Assembly (NCBI RefSeq): GCF_963921235.1
Contig: NC_086108.1
Span: 107,820,001-107,884,000, forward strand
Direction of reading: 5' to 3'
Source of the DNA: Mobula hypostoma
Lineage: Eukaryota
DNA length: 64,000 nt
Shown: positions 12,369 through 23,938 of the stretch, one piece after another
How positions within the stretch are numbered: the first letter of the stretch is position 1
Layout of the letters: each line of letters opens with the position of its first letter
Position numbers and translations under genes: made by a program
The notes under the pieces: model-generated
The model's input: the letters and a program-made list of their open reading frames with translations, nothing else
The model's database searches: none
Told to the model about the DNA's origin: nothing

Positions 12369-12762
12369 ACACACATCAAAGTTGCTGGTGAAGGCAGCAG
12401 GCCAGGCAGCATCTCTAGGAAGAGGTACAGTCGATGTTTCAGGCCGAGACCCTTCGTCGGGACTAACTGAAGGAAGAGTTAGTAAGAGATTTGAAAGTGG
12501 GAGGGGGGAATTCCCCCCCTCCCCCTTTTCTTTCTCCCTAGGCCTCCTGTCCCATGATCCTCTCATATCCCTTTTGCCAATTACCTGTCCAGCTCTTGGC
12601 TCCATCCCTCCCCCTCCTGTCTTCTCCTATCATTTCGGATCTCCCCCTCCCCCTGAAACGTCGACTGTATCTCTTCCAATAGATGCTGCCTGGCCTGCTG
12701 CGTTCACCAGCAACTTTTATGTGTGCTGCCTGAAATTCCAGCATCTGCAGATTTCCTCGTGT
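12369..12762. mobile_element. Penelope-like insertion with inverted halves (- 12369-12507, + 12510-12762), 14-bp TSD
   Basis: TSD TTGCTGAGTGTGTA at 12355-12368 and 12763-12776; both halves carry the same terminal repeat in opposite orientation. Confidence 0.9.
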
Positions 12763-12784
12763 TTGCTGAGTGTGTACCACATTA

Positions 12785-13063
12785 TGAGGGGTGATTGATA
12801 AGTTAGTGGCCTAAGGTAGAAGGAGTCAATTTTAGAAAACCTAGCACATTTATTTTTCAACATAGTCCCCTCCTACATGTACACACTTAGTCCAGCGGTC
12901 GTGGAGCATACGGATCTCTTCTTTGTAGAAGTCGGCGCCTTAGACCTCCAGAAAGTGGTCCACCATGGCCTAAGGTGGAAGCAGATGAGTTATTAACTTC
13001 AAACTTTCTGCATAATCACTCAGAGTTGAACTGTACGTGCATTTAACGAGAGCTGTATAACTC
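12785..13063 (-). mobile_element. Mariner-family non-autonomous fragment retaining the transposase C-terminus
   Basis: TA followed by TGAGGGGTGATTGATAAG terminus; 12850-12930 reverse translates FYKEEIRMLHDRWTKCVHVGGDYVEK*, the typical mariner C-terminal W.KC....G.Y.E motif. Confidence 0.8.
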
Positions 13064-13308
13064 TGTTTTTGCACATTTTTTAAAATCTATTCAATATATG
13101 TAATTGATTTACTTATTTGTTATGTTTTATTTTACTTATTATTATTACTATTTTTTTCTTTCTCTGCTAGATTATGTATTGCATTGAACTGCTGCTGCTA
13201 AGTTAACAAATTTCACGTCACATGCCGGTGATAATAAACCTGATTCTGATTCTGATTCTGATTCTGATTGAGTGGAATTGCAGTAAGCACCTTGCACTCA
13301 GTGTCATT

Positions 13309-14060
13309 TAGACCAGGGAATTGATTGTAGACTTCAGGAAGGGGAAGTTGAGGGAACAAACACCAGTCCTCATCGAGGGATCAGCAGTGGGAAGGACGAG
13401 CAGCTTCAAGTTCCTGGGTGGCAACATCTCTGACGATCTATCTTGGGCCCAACATATTGACACAATTACAAAGAAGGCATAAAAGTGGTCATACTTCATG
13501 AGGAGTTTGAGGAGACTTGGAATGTCATCAAACACTCTTGCAAATTTCTACATTTGTATCATGGACAGCATTCTAACTGGTTGCAGGACTGTCTGGTATG
13601 GAGGGGACTCTACACGTTGGAAAAAGCTACAGAAAGTTGCAAACTCATCCAGCTTCATCATGGGCACCAGTTTCCCCAGCGCCAAGGACATCCTGAAAAG
13701 GCGATAGCTCAGAAAGACACCATCCATCACTAAAGACCCCATTACTCAGAATATACCCTCTCCTCATTTCTACCATCAAGGAGGGGGTAGAGGGGCCTGA
13801 AGACAAACATTAAATGTTTTAAGAACCGCTTCTTCCCCTCCACCCTCAGATTTCTGAATAGACAATGAACCGATAAACAATACCTCACTGTATTTTTTCT
13901 CTTTTTGTTTGCTCTTTGTGGTACTACTTATTTCATTTAATTTATATATATATATGTTTCTTATAATTTATAGTTTTTTGTTATTGTGTGTTGCAATGTA
14001 CCACTGCTGCAAAACAACATATTTCACAACATATGCCAGTGATATTAAACCTGATTCTGC
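13309..14060 (+). mobile_element. Rex1/Babar-type LINE 3' fragment (second family, TCTGAT tail)
   Basis: Encodes ELIVDFRK, FKFLG, LRRLGMSSNTLANFY and ILTGC.TVWYGG; ends gatattaaacctgattctg; a preceding tail with (TCTGAT)n lies at 13240-13268. Confidence 0.85.
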
Positions 14061-14309
14061 TTCTGAAGTAATTAGGTGGCCACCAAGAAAGGGAGAGGTT
14101 GCCGGATTTTCCCTGAAGCCGCTCCCCTCACTAACAAGAGTGGACAGAAAAGATTCAAAGGGAAATTGGCCAAATGCAGGCCAGTGGAAGGACATAACTA
14201 GCTTGGATAGATGACTTTGGTTGGCATGGATAATTTGTGCCAGAAGCCCTGTTTCTGTGCCACCTGGCTCTTTGAATCCCAATCTATACGATGTCCATCA
14301 GATGAACCC

Positions 14310-14520
14310 TTTGGACACAGGAGATGCTACAGATGCTGTAGATCCTGGGGAAGGCGCAGAAAGTGCCGGAGGAACTGAGCAGATCAGGCAGCATCTGTGG
14401 AAGGGAATGAACAGCGACGTTTCGCGCCGACTCCCTTCATCAGAGCTGAAAGGGGAGGCGGTAGAAGCCAGAATATGCAGATTCAGGACCTTCAGAATAA
14501 AGTGGTGAGAGGGGGAGGGA
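14310..14520 (-). mobile_element. Diverged Penelope-like terminal repeat with hammerhead motif at 14412-14448
   Basis: Reverse complement CAGCTCTGATGAAGGGAGTCGGCGCGAAACGTCGCTG. Confidence 0.65.
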
Positions 14521-14724
14521 TATAGATAGGGTTAATGCATGCAGGCTTGCATTAGAAACAAGAACTAGAAGTCATAGGTTAAAGATGAAAGGTGAAATAT
14601 TTAAGGGGAACCTGAGAGAGAACTTCACTCATTTGGTGGAGGGTGCAAGTGTGGAGTGAGCTTCCGGAGGAAGTAGCGGATACAAATTTGATTTCGACAC
14701 TAAAGATAAGATTGGATAGGATTG

Positions 14725-15275
14725 GAGACTGAGGTCCTTTAACAACTGCCGGACGATGCTGAGGATATTCTACGAGTCTGTGGTGGCCAGTGCGATCATT
14801 TTTGCTGTTGTGTGCTGGGGCAGCAGGCTGAGGGTAGCAGACACCAACAGTGTCAACAAACTCATTTGTAAGGCCAGTGATGTTGTGGGGATGGAACTGG
14901 ACTCTCTGACAGTGGTGTCTGAAAAGAGGATGCTGTCCAAGTTGCACGCCATCTTGGACAATGTCTCCCATCCACTACATAATGTATTGGGTGGGCACAG
15001 GAGTACATTCAGCCAGAGACTCATTCCACCGAGATGCAGCACAGAGCGTCATAGGAAGTCATTCCTGCCTGTGGCCATCAAACTTTACAACTCCTCCCTT
15101 GGAGGGTCAGACACCCTGAGCCAATAGGCTGGTTCTGGACTTATTTCCTGGCATAATTTACATATTACTGTTTAACTATTTATGGGTTTATTACTATTGA
15201 ATTATTTATGGTGCAACTGTAACAAAAACCAATTTCCCCCGGGATCAATAAAGGTATGACTATGACTATGACTAT
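14725..15275 (+). mobile_element. Rex1/Babar-type LINE 3' end nested in a CR1 3' fragment
   Basis: ORF 14756-15127 has an intact C-terminus; (TATGAC)n tail at 15255-15275; CR1 sequence on both sides (14530-14720, 15276-15400). Confidence 0.9.
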
Positions 15276-16123
15276 GGATGAGAGGGGTAAGGAGGGCTAT
15301 GATCCAGGTGTTGGTCAATAGGACTAGAGAGAATTACAGCTCAGTAGAGCCTAAGTGGGTCAACGGGACTGTTTCTATGCTGTAGGGTTCTATAACTCTA
15401 CAATTCCAAGTTTCTACATGTTCCAGCTGACAGGTGATAGTAAAACTGGTTGAAGAGAAGGTGGGAAGAGATGATAAAGTAAGAAGCTGTGTGGGGATAG
15501 GTGGATAAGATAAAGGGCTGATGAAGAAGTAGTCTGATAAGGATTTTCTTATGTCTTAAGCAGTGAGTAAAGCAATTTGTTAGTCAAGTTTCAGTCAGTG
15601 AAAGAATCATCAATCTTCTTCAGCAAAGGATGTGTTGAGTTATCTCCAGTCAATATTGCCCGTTCATTTACAGTTGTGTCTACACCTGCCCACAGATCTC
15701 AGTCAAGTTCACTCACGCTAATGAATAATGTAAAGACAAGTCCGGTCTGAAGAGACCACTTGATTTTCAGAATCTCTATAAACGCATCATTTTGTTATAA
15801 ACCTGCTTTGAGGAGATGACCTGTCTCTGACGATGAGCTGAATTCCCTCAGTCCCTAAAGTGGACCGAGTAGGCAGCCGTTGTGTTAACCTGCTGGCCCC
15901 ATGCAGACTAGCCGTCTCCCACCAGAATCCACTCAATCTGGTAATAAAGCACAAATGCGGCTGGATACAGAGACTACAAGGGCGACTCTTCAACCCCTGA
16001 AAGCTGATTAGAAATATCGTTGACCTTCCTTCTTCACTCAGATTTTTCTCTGTTTGTTTTGCTGACGCAGGCTTGCTCTGTGCCCAGTTTAGGCCAGGCC
16101 TTGTCACTGACATGTGTTTTGGA

Positions 16124-16669
16124 TAGGGTTGCCGACTGTCCCGTGTTAGCCGGGACATCCCGTATATTGGGCTAAATTGGTTTGTCCCATACAGGACTGC
16201 CCTGGTCCCGTATTTCCCCTGCTAAGGTAGAGCGTTCCTATGAAACCGTTCGTAAGCCGAAATGGCGTAAAGCGAAGAAGCAATTACCATTAATTTATAT
16301 GGGAAAAGTTTTTGAGCATTCTCAGACCCAAAAAATAACCTACCAAATCATAGCAAATAACACATAAAACCTAAAATAATACTAACATACAGCAAAAGCA
16401 GGAATGATATGATAAATACACAGCCTATATAAAGTAGAAATAATGTATGTACAGTGTAGTTTCGCTTAACAGAATCAGGAAGATTAAGCCAAAACCGATT
16501 TGTAGAAAAAAAATCGGCACGTACACACATGCGCACGTCACACATGCGCACACAGGTGCCCGCGCAAGGCTTCATGGTCATGGTAGTCTTTCTCGGGGTA
16601 AACACAAGTGTCCTGTATTTGACTGCTACTTCTGTCCCTTATTTGGGAGTGAGAAAGTTGGCAACCCTA
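16124..16669. mobile_element. hAT-type MITE, 546 bp
   Basis: TIRs TAGGGTTGCC(G)ACT / AGTTGGCAACCCTA; perfect 8-bp TSD GTTTTGGA at 16116-16123 and 16670-16677. Confidence 0.92.
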
Positions 16670-16747
16670 GTTTTGGAGCAAGCTAGCTGTGTTCACAATA
16701 ACACTTGAAACGCTGCTGAACATGGTGAGCACTGGAGTAACAAGCAG

Positions 16748-17850
16748 AGAATCAGGATCAGGTTCAATATCACCGGCAGCTGTCATGAAATTTGTTGTCT
16801 TTGCGACAGCAGTGCAATGCAAAACATAATAACAGAGCAAAAATCCTGAATTACACTAAGTATATATATAGTTAAATAAGTCGTGAAAAAATACAAATAA
16901 AAATAGTACTGAAGTAGCGTTCAATGTCATTCAGTAATCTGATGACGGAGGGAAAGAAGATGTCCAGAATCAATGAGTCTGTGCCTTCAGACTTCTGTAT
17001 CTCCTTCCTGATCGTAACAAAGAGAACAAGGCATGGCATGAGGAATTCTGCAGATGCTGGAAATTCAAGCAACACACATCAAAGTTGCTGGTGAACGCAG
17101 CAGGCCAGGCAGCATCTCTAGGAAGAGGTACAGTCAACATTTCAGGCCGAGACCCTTCATCAGGACTAACTGAAGGAAGAGCTAGTAAGAGATTTGAAAG
17201 TGGGAGGGGGAGAGGGAGATCCGAAATGATAGGAGAAGACAGGAGGGAGAGGAATGGAGCCAAGAGCTGGACAGGTGATTGGCAAAAGGGATATGAGAGG
17301 ATCATGGGACAGGAGGCCCAGGGAGAAAGAAAAGGGGGTGGAACCCAGAGGATGGGCAAGGGGTATAGTGAGAGGGACAGAGAGAGAAAAGGGAGAGAGA
17401 GAAAAAGAATATGTGTATATAAATTAATAACAGATGGGGTACAAGGGGGAGGTGGGGCATTAGCGGAAGTTAGAGAAGTCAATGTTCATGCCATCAGGTT
17501 GGAGGCTACCCAGACGGAATATAAGGTGTTGTTCCTCCAACCTGAGTGTGGCTTCATCTTTACAGTCGAGGAGGCCGTAGATAGACATATCAGAATATGA
17601 ATGGGACATGGAATTGAACAAGGCATGACCTGGGTGATGGGGGTCCTGAATGATTGACACTGGTTTTCTGAGGCATCGCTCCTTGAAGATGTCCTGGATA
17701 CAGTGGATGCTAGTTTCCATGATGGAACTGACTAAGTTTAGAACTCTCTGCAGCTTATTTCGATCCTGTGCAGTAGCACCCACCCACTCCCCCATACCAG
17801 GTGGTGGTGCAGCCAGCTAGCGTGCTCTCCATTGTACATCTGTAGACATT
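16748..17850 (-). mobile_element. Rex1/Babar-type LINE 3' fragment split by a Penelope-like insertion
   Basis: QDRNKLQRV...IIQDPHHPGHALF | SLLRSGRRYRSLKAQT on the reverse strand, either side of the insertion. Confidence 0.85.
17036..17615 (-). mobile_element. Penelope-like element 3' part: GIY-YIG C-terminus, pyrimidine-rich UTR, and terminal repeat with hammerhead motif (17131-17168); 12-bp TSD
   Basis: LEEQHLIFRLGSLQPDGMNIDFSNFR*; TSD GAACAAGGCATG at 17024-17035 and 17616-17627. Confidence 0.9.
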
Positions 17851-17857
17851 TTCAAGG

Positions 17858-18372
17858 AAATACTGGAGGAACTCAACAGGTCTGGCAGCAGCTATGGAGC
17901 AGAAGAAACAGTCAACATTTTGCACCAAAACCCTTCATCAGGACTGGAAAGGAAGGGGGAAGAAGCCAGGATAAAAAGTTTGCGGGTGGGGAAGGAGTAC
18001 AATCTGGCAGGTGACAGGTGAGACCAGGTGAAGGGGAAGGTGGGTGGATGGGGAAGGGGGAGTTTGAAGGTAGAAGCTGAGAGGTGATAGGTGGAAGAGG
18101 TAAAGGGCTGAAGAAGGATTCTGATAGGAGACAAAATTGAACCATGGGGGAAAGGGAAGGAGGAGGGGAACCAAAGGGAAGTGATAGGCAGGTGAGGGGA
18201 AGAGAAGGGGTAAGAGGGGAGCCAGAATGGTAAATGGAGAAGCCCCTCCTCCCCATCTTCTTATTCTGGTTTCTTGTCCCTTGCTTTTTGGTCCTGATGA
18301 AGTGTCAACTATTTATTCCTCTCCATAGATGCTGACTGGCCTGCTGAGTTCCTCTAGCATTTTATTTGTGTT
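17858..18372. mobile_element. Older Penelope-like insertion with inverted halves (junction ~18240)
   Basis: Minus-strand repeat with motif at 17909-17946; plus-strand repeat with partly deleted motif GGTCCTGATGAAG at ~18290. Confidence 0.7.
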
Positions 18373-18579
18373 ACGTTGTACATTGGACTATTTTTGTGAC
18401 TAAAAATGAGCTGATCCAATTTATACTGTGGATAGGGTGGTAAAGATCAGAGCCAGCAAACCTGATCAAGCAACCAATGGCATCGAGTCATCACATGACC
18501 ACATTGCTGGGGTGAGTCTGGTGAGGTCCCAGTTCAGTGTCAGGTCCAGAGCTGAACGTGGAGAATGGTGGTGTCCACA

Positions 18580-19670
18580 CATTAGCTGACAGGTGATAAA
18601 TGAGACCAGGTGAGGGGACAGGTGGCTGGGTGCGGGAGGGGGCAGTGATGTAAGAAGCTGGGACGTGATAGGTAGAGGAGATAAAGTGCCGAAGAAGAAG
18701 GAATCTGAGAGGATTGAAGCCTCTAATAAACACAAAAGATTCTGCAGATGCTGGAAATTCAGACCAACACATGCAAAATGCTGGAGTAACTTAGCAGGTC
18801 AGACAGCATCCATGGAGAGAAACCTTGGCCTCCTCTACTGCCGCGATGAGGCCACTCCTTGTTCGGAGGAGCGAAACCTCATGTTCCATCCGGGTAGCCT
18901 CCAAGCTGACATGAACGCTAAGTTTTCTCAATTCTGCTCATTTCTCTCCCTCTCCTTTCCTTCTCTTTGCATCACTCTTTTTGGTTTCCTTCTTCAGTGT
19001 TTAATATTTCATAAATATTTGAGTAATCTTGTATATACTTATACAGTCTGATTAAGCACTCATGCTCATTTAAATAAGTCTTTACATGTTATATATATAA
19101 ATATGTGAATTGCATATGTCAGCACACTACCATGTGATACATGTGTGCCTCGCTCAAAGTTAGACTCACATTTCAGACTCCTATGACTTCCCTTGAATTA
19201 GTTTAATGTTTTGAAGTTACAAAAACATAACACCTCTTATTCCTTCTCTTCTCCTCACCAAGCTATTTCCTCCCTCCTTTCCTTCCTCCATTGTCCACTC
19301 TCCTCTCCTATCCATTCCCGGGGAAAAGATCTTTCACTGTGCACTTAATCTATGTCTCTTATCATTGTGTGCACCTCTATCAATTCACCTCATAATAAAA
19401 TGACTTTATCTAACGTGCATCAAGGAAAAGCTTTCAGCTAGACACATTGTTGCCTTCACCCTTGATGCTCAACCACTTCCAAACCATAGGAGATTCTGCA
19501 GATGCTGAAAAACCAGAGCAACACACTGCTGGAGGAACTCAGCAGGTCAGGCGGCATCTATAGAGAGGAATAAACAGCCAATGGTTTGCACCGAGATCTT
19601 TCTTCGGGACGACTGTCATTTTGTGTGTGTTGCTCTGGATTTCATTTCCAGCATCTGCAGAATCTCTTGT
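18580..19670. mobile_element. Cluster of decayed Penelope-like fragments (GIY-YIG C-terminus at ~18820-18935; inverted terminal repeats at 19485-19670)
   Basis: GLLYCRDEATPCSEERNLMFHPGSLQ in ORF 18665-19051; agattctgcagatgctg...gcatctgcagaatct inverted ends. Confidence 0.6.
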
Positions 19671-19763
19671 GCTTATGCTGGCACTGGAGTGTGTGGCAAC
19701 ACTTGCGGACTGCCCCCAGCACGTCGTTCAGTTATGTTGCTTGTTAACACAAATCACGCATAG

Positions 19764-20600
19764 TTTGCATCATACACCAGGCTGCTCTCTTCAGGTAACC
19801 ATAGCCTTTGTCCAGGGGCAGATGTCCTCAAGTGGTGCCCAACCTTCAGAAAGTGTTTCAACCTTTAACCACTACACTCTCCAGCTGGCGGGTCAGCGGT
19901 GGTGGCCAAGTCACTGGCCGTCTGCTCCTGACTTCCAGCTCGACTCCTCTCGCCTGCTCCGTATCCAACAAGAGGCTCTTTCTACTTCCTCCCCATCCTG
20001 TGCGCTGCTTGGTTCTTGCTCTTTTCATCAAGGCCCAGCACAGACAGCAACCTTTTTGCTAACCTTGCCAGGAGCTCTCTACAGCTGATCTCCATGGGGA
20101 ATAGCCACATCTGCTATCCTTTGTCCCTGCACTCTTGGACTAAGGACTGGTACTTCAAGACCTTCCTCTCGTGAGCCTCCTCCTTCCTCCCGTGGTACTG
20201 TGAGCTCCACCAGGATGATTTTCTTGTCTTTGGTGGACCACTGTATGATGTCTGGTCGAAGTGTGGTTTGCACCACCTCTGGGAACCGCAGCTTCCTCCC
20301 CACATCGACCCTCATCTCCCATGATTTGGCAGTTTGCAGCAGATTGGATTTAGGCCTCCTTGATATGACAGGCATGGCCCTCTCCTTGATGAAAATGGCT
20401 GCCCTGTTTGCCTCTCTGCCAGCTGGTCTCTTTTTACACCTCTCCCGTTCCAGTGTGTCAACAAGGGACAGCAGGACCTTGTGATGGTGCCACCTATGCC
20501 TATCATTGCGTTAAAGCTGTTTTGCATCCTGACAGCATGAGTGCCAGTGATCCCCGCTGACCATAAAGCTTGCAGTTAGGGTCCTCTCTAGCCCCCCCCA
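19764..20600 (-). mobile_element. HERO/R2-group non-LTR retrotransposon 3' end with CCHC finger and restriction-like endonuclease; 22-bp TSD
   Basis: Reverse frames give CKL...SLAHMLSGC, LRPDIIQWSTKDKKIILVELTVP and AHERKVLKYQSLVQECRDKG (PD-(D/E)xK-type RLE); TSD TGTTAACACAAAT(C/G)ACGCATAG at 19742-19763 and 20601-20622. Confidence 0.85.
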
Positions 20601-20703
20601 TGTTAACACAAATGACGCATAGCACTGTATGTTTCAATATACATGTGATTAATAAATCTAAATTCAAACATAAATATAATTTTTATATACAATAGGTTCA
20701 CTT

Positions 20704-21462
20704 AGAAACACAGAAACATAGAAAACCTACAGCACAATACAGGCCCTTCAGCCCACAAAGCTGTGCCAAACATGCCCCTACCTTAGAACTACCTAGGCTT
20801 ACCCATAGCCCTCTATTTTTCTAAGCTCCATGTATCCATCCAGGAGTCTCTTAAAAGACTCTATCGTTTCCACCTCCACTACAGTTGCCGGCAGCCCATT
20901 CCACGCACTCACCACTCCCTGCGTAAAAAACTTACCCCTGACATCTCCTCTGTACCTGCTTCCAAGCACCTTAAAACTGTGCCCTCTCATGCTAGCCATT
21001 TCAGCACTGGGGGAAAGCCCATGACTACCCACACGATCAATGCCTCTCATCATCTTGTACACCTCTATCAGGTCACCTCTCATCCTCTGCTGCTCCAAGG
21101 AGAAAAGGCAACCTATTCTCATAAGGCATGCTCCCCAATCCAGGCAACATCCTTGTAAATCTCCTCTGCACCCTTTCTATGGTTTCCACATCCTTCCTAT
21201 AGCGAGGTGACCAGAGCTGAACACAGTACTCCAAGTGGAGTCTGACCAGGGTCCTATATAGCTGCAACGTTACCTTTTGGCTCTTAAACTCAATCCCATG
21301 ACTGATGAAGGCCAATGCACTATATGCCTTCTTAACCACAGTCAACCTGTGTAACAGCTTTGAGTGTCCTATGGACTCGGACCCCAAGACCCCTCTGATC
21401 CTCCACACTGCCGAGAATCTTGCCACTAATGCTATGGTCTGCCATCATATTTGACCTACCAC
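20704..21462 (-). mobile_element. CR1 LINE 3' fragment (same family as 6197-7482 and 52560-52900)
   Basis: ORFs 20799-21122 and 21073-21426 (LYRTLVRLHLEYC, MRGDLIEVYK, FFTQGVVSAWNGLP). Confidence 0.9.
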
Positions 21463-21709
21463 TTATGCATAGTCAAACACACACGCATACATGTCCTTAC
21501 ATGCACACTTGTGCTGACACATATATACACTGACATGTACATATATACGTAAACACTTCACACGTGCACTTCCATTCAATCTTCCATTTCAGAATCAGAG
21601 TCAGAGTTATTATCACTGACATGTGTTGTGAAATTACTTGCTTTGCAACAGCAGTACAGTGGAAACAATGCAACAAGGCAACCCTAATTGCCTTGTCATA
21701 ACCCTAATG

Positions 21710-22299
21710 CAGACATCCCATCCTGCAAAAACTCATTTCAGGGAGGTAGCACCATCAATTTCCGGGAGAGGTGGGATGTCTGCAACAGAGTCGCTCCTGA
21801 GCAGCTGGCCAGCTAGTTTAAATAACGTTTGCTATGCTAATGAATGAATGACATCTGTTAAACTCACCTCAACACGTCTTTTCCAGTCTTAACCCACCAT
21901 GGGCAATAGAAAAGTCACTGTTGCAAACAGTGCAGCGAGCAACACTGTCATTATTTTGACCCCTATTAGGCAGGGGTACACTTTAGTGTAGTCTGGGGTG
22001 ACGTAAGTTTTATATTTTCTTTTTTTGGAACACTCTGCCATGGCGCACTCTTGCTCTCTCTCTCTCTCGTGGTCATTCTCTCTCTCTCTCTCACGCGCGC
22101 TCTCGCTTGCTTTCTCTTGCTCTCTCGCACGCTCTCTCTCTCTCCCTCTCGTGCATTCTCTCGCGCTCTCTCTTGCTTTCTCTTGCTCGCTGTCAAAAAA
22201 AGTTGATTTCCGTGACATTGTATATAATTTGCGGCCATCAGGGAGCCACTATTAATATGTGGGAGACTCCCGGAACTTCTGGGAGAGGTGGGATGTCTG
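21710..22299 (-). mobile_element. hAT-like deletion derivative with transposase N-terminal zinc-finger remnant (copy 1)
   Basis: TIR CAGACATCCCA...TGGGATGTCTG; reverse strand MAECSKKRKYKTYVTPDYTKVYPCL...CTVCNSDFSIAHGG; near-identical copy at 50926-51464. Confidence 0.8.
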
Positions 22300-22379
22300 C
22301 CTATGACTACCCCAGTTTATCAACACCATGACGACTTTGATCACTTTGCATTAAGAGGGGCGTTTATTTGCTCCTATAA

Positions 22380-23030
22380 AGTCACCCCTCAGTCTCCATA
22401 GTGTCCTAACCTGACCAACCTGTCCTTACAATTCAGGCCCTCGAGCCCTGGCAACCTTCTCCTGAATCTTCTTTGCACCCTTCTAGCTTTATCTTTCCTA
22501 CAACAGTGTGATGGTGTCATAGAGTCATAGTAAAGTACAGCACAGAAACAGGCCCTTCATCCCATCTAGTCTGTGCTGAGACTACTTCCACTGGCCTGCA
22601 CTGGGACCACAGCCCTCTGTACTCCTGCCAGTCCAAACTTCACATAAACGTTGAAATCGAGCTTCTATGCACCACTTGTGCTGGCAGCTCATTCCACACT
22701 CTCACGGCATTCTTGAGTGAAGAAATTTCCCCTCGTGTTCCCTTTAAACTTTTCACCTTTCACCCGTAACTCTTGACCTCTAGTTGTAGTCCCACACAAC
22801 CTCAGTGCCTCTGTGGAAAGAGCCTGCTTGCATTTACCCTCTCTATAGCCCTCATAATGTTGCATACCTCTATCAAATCTCCTTTCAATATTCTACTTTC
22901 CAAGGAATAAGATCCTAACCTATTCAATCTTTCTATATAACTGAAGTTCTCGGAGGGGGCAAAACTGGACACAGTACTCCAACTGTGGCCTCACCAATGT
23001 CTTGTACAGCTGCAGCATGATGTCCCAACT
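22380..23030 (-). mobile_element. Nested CR1 3' fragments
   Basis: Reverse-strand LYKTLVRPQLEYCVQF and 3' UTR tail (gtcatagagtcatag...acagcacagaaacaggccc). Confidence 0.7.
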
Positions 23031-23064
23031 TGTATAAACCAAAATGAACTAAGGACTACAGCAA

Positions 23065-23226
23065 TATCTGTGCTCCACCACTCGATGGAAGTATCTGCAT
23101 TCCATCACTCAATGGAGGTATCTGCATTCCATCACTCAATGGAGGTATCTGCATTCTATCACTCGATGGAGGTATCTGTGTTCCCTCACTCGATGGAGTT
23201 ATCTGTGTTCCACCACTCGATGAAGG
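23065..23226 (+). repeat. Minisatellite, 6 x 27-bp units (TATCTGCATTCCATCACTCGATGGAGG-like)
   Basis: Units start at 23065, 23092, 23119, 23146, 23173 and 23200; translated as HHSMEVSAF repeats. Confidence 0.92.
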
Positions 23227-23489
23227 TTTCTCTGCCTCTTCTCACAGTTTACATCACAAAGCCTAAGCTTTATTTATAATTTGTAATTATGTTTATAATT
23301 AACAAATGGCCAATGCATCACTGGCACCAGCCTACCCACCATCAAGGACATATATTACAGAAAAGTGGCAGAAAAGGGCTGATATCATCACGAAGGATCC
23401 CTCCCTCCCTGCTCATAGACTGCTTCTTCCACTCCCATCGGGGAGTAAGCTATGTAGCACCTTGGAGCCAGGACCACCAGACTCAAAAA

Positions 23490-23938
23490 CGCAAAATACT
23501 CTGCAGATGCTGGGGTCAAAGCAACACTCACAACAGGCTGGAAGAACTCAGCAGGTCGGGCAGCATCTGTGGAAACGATGAGTCGACGTTTCGGGCCGGA
23601 ACCCTTCATCAGGACTGAAGAGGGAAGGGGCAGAGGCCCTATAAAGAAGGTGGGGGAGGGTTGGAAAGAGAAGGCTGGTAGGTTCAGTTGAAAAACCAGT
23701 CATTTGAAAGACAAAGGGCTGGGGGAGGGGAAGCAGGGAGGTGATAGCCAGGAAAACAATGGGTAGTAGAAGGAGGCGGAACCATGAGGGAGGTGATAGG
23801 CAGCTGGGGGAGGGGGCAGAGTGAATAGGGATAGAGGAAGGGAGGGGGAGCGAATTACCGGAAGTTGGAGAATTCTATGTTCATGCCAAGGGGCTGGAGA
23901 CTACCTAGACAGTATATGAGGTGTTGCTCCTCCAACCT
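23490..23938 (-). mobile_element. Penelope-like element 3' part inserted in a Rex-type fragment; 10-bp TSD
   Basis: GIY-YIG C-terminus (LEEQHLIYCLGSLQPLGMNIEFSNFR) at ~23855-23938; TSD GACTCAAAAA at 23480-23489 and 23939-23948. Confidence 0.88.
23581..23616 (-). ncRNA. Minimal type I hammerhead ribozyme motif (intact core, GUC site)
   Basis: RNA AGUC-CUGAUGA-A-GGG(UUCCGG)CCC-GAAA-CG-UC-GACU: stem I AGUC/GACU, stem II GGG/CCC, palindromic ACGU in place of stem III. Confidence 0.85.

Noticed and set aside
18998..19232. Short AT-rich TGTT...AACA unit as a solo LTR
   Set aside because: No convincing TSD could be identified; left unclassified.
23065..23226. CRISPR-like array (27-bp palindromic repeats)
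   Set aside because: Units are contiguous with no unique spacers, there are no cas genes, and the context is eukaryotic; it is a minisatellite.
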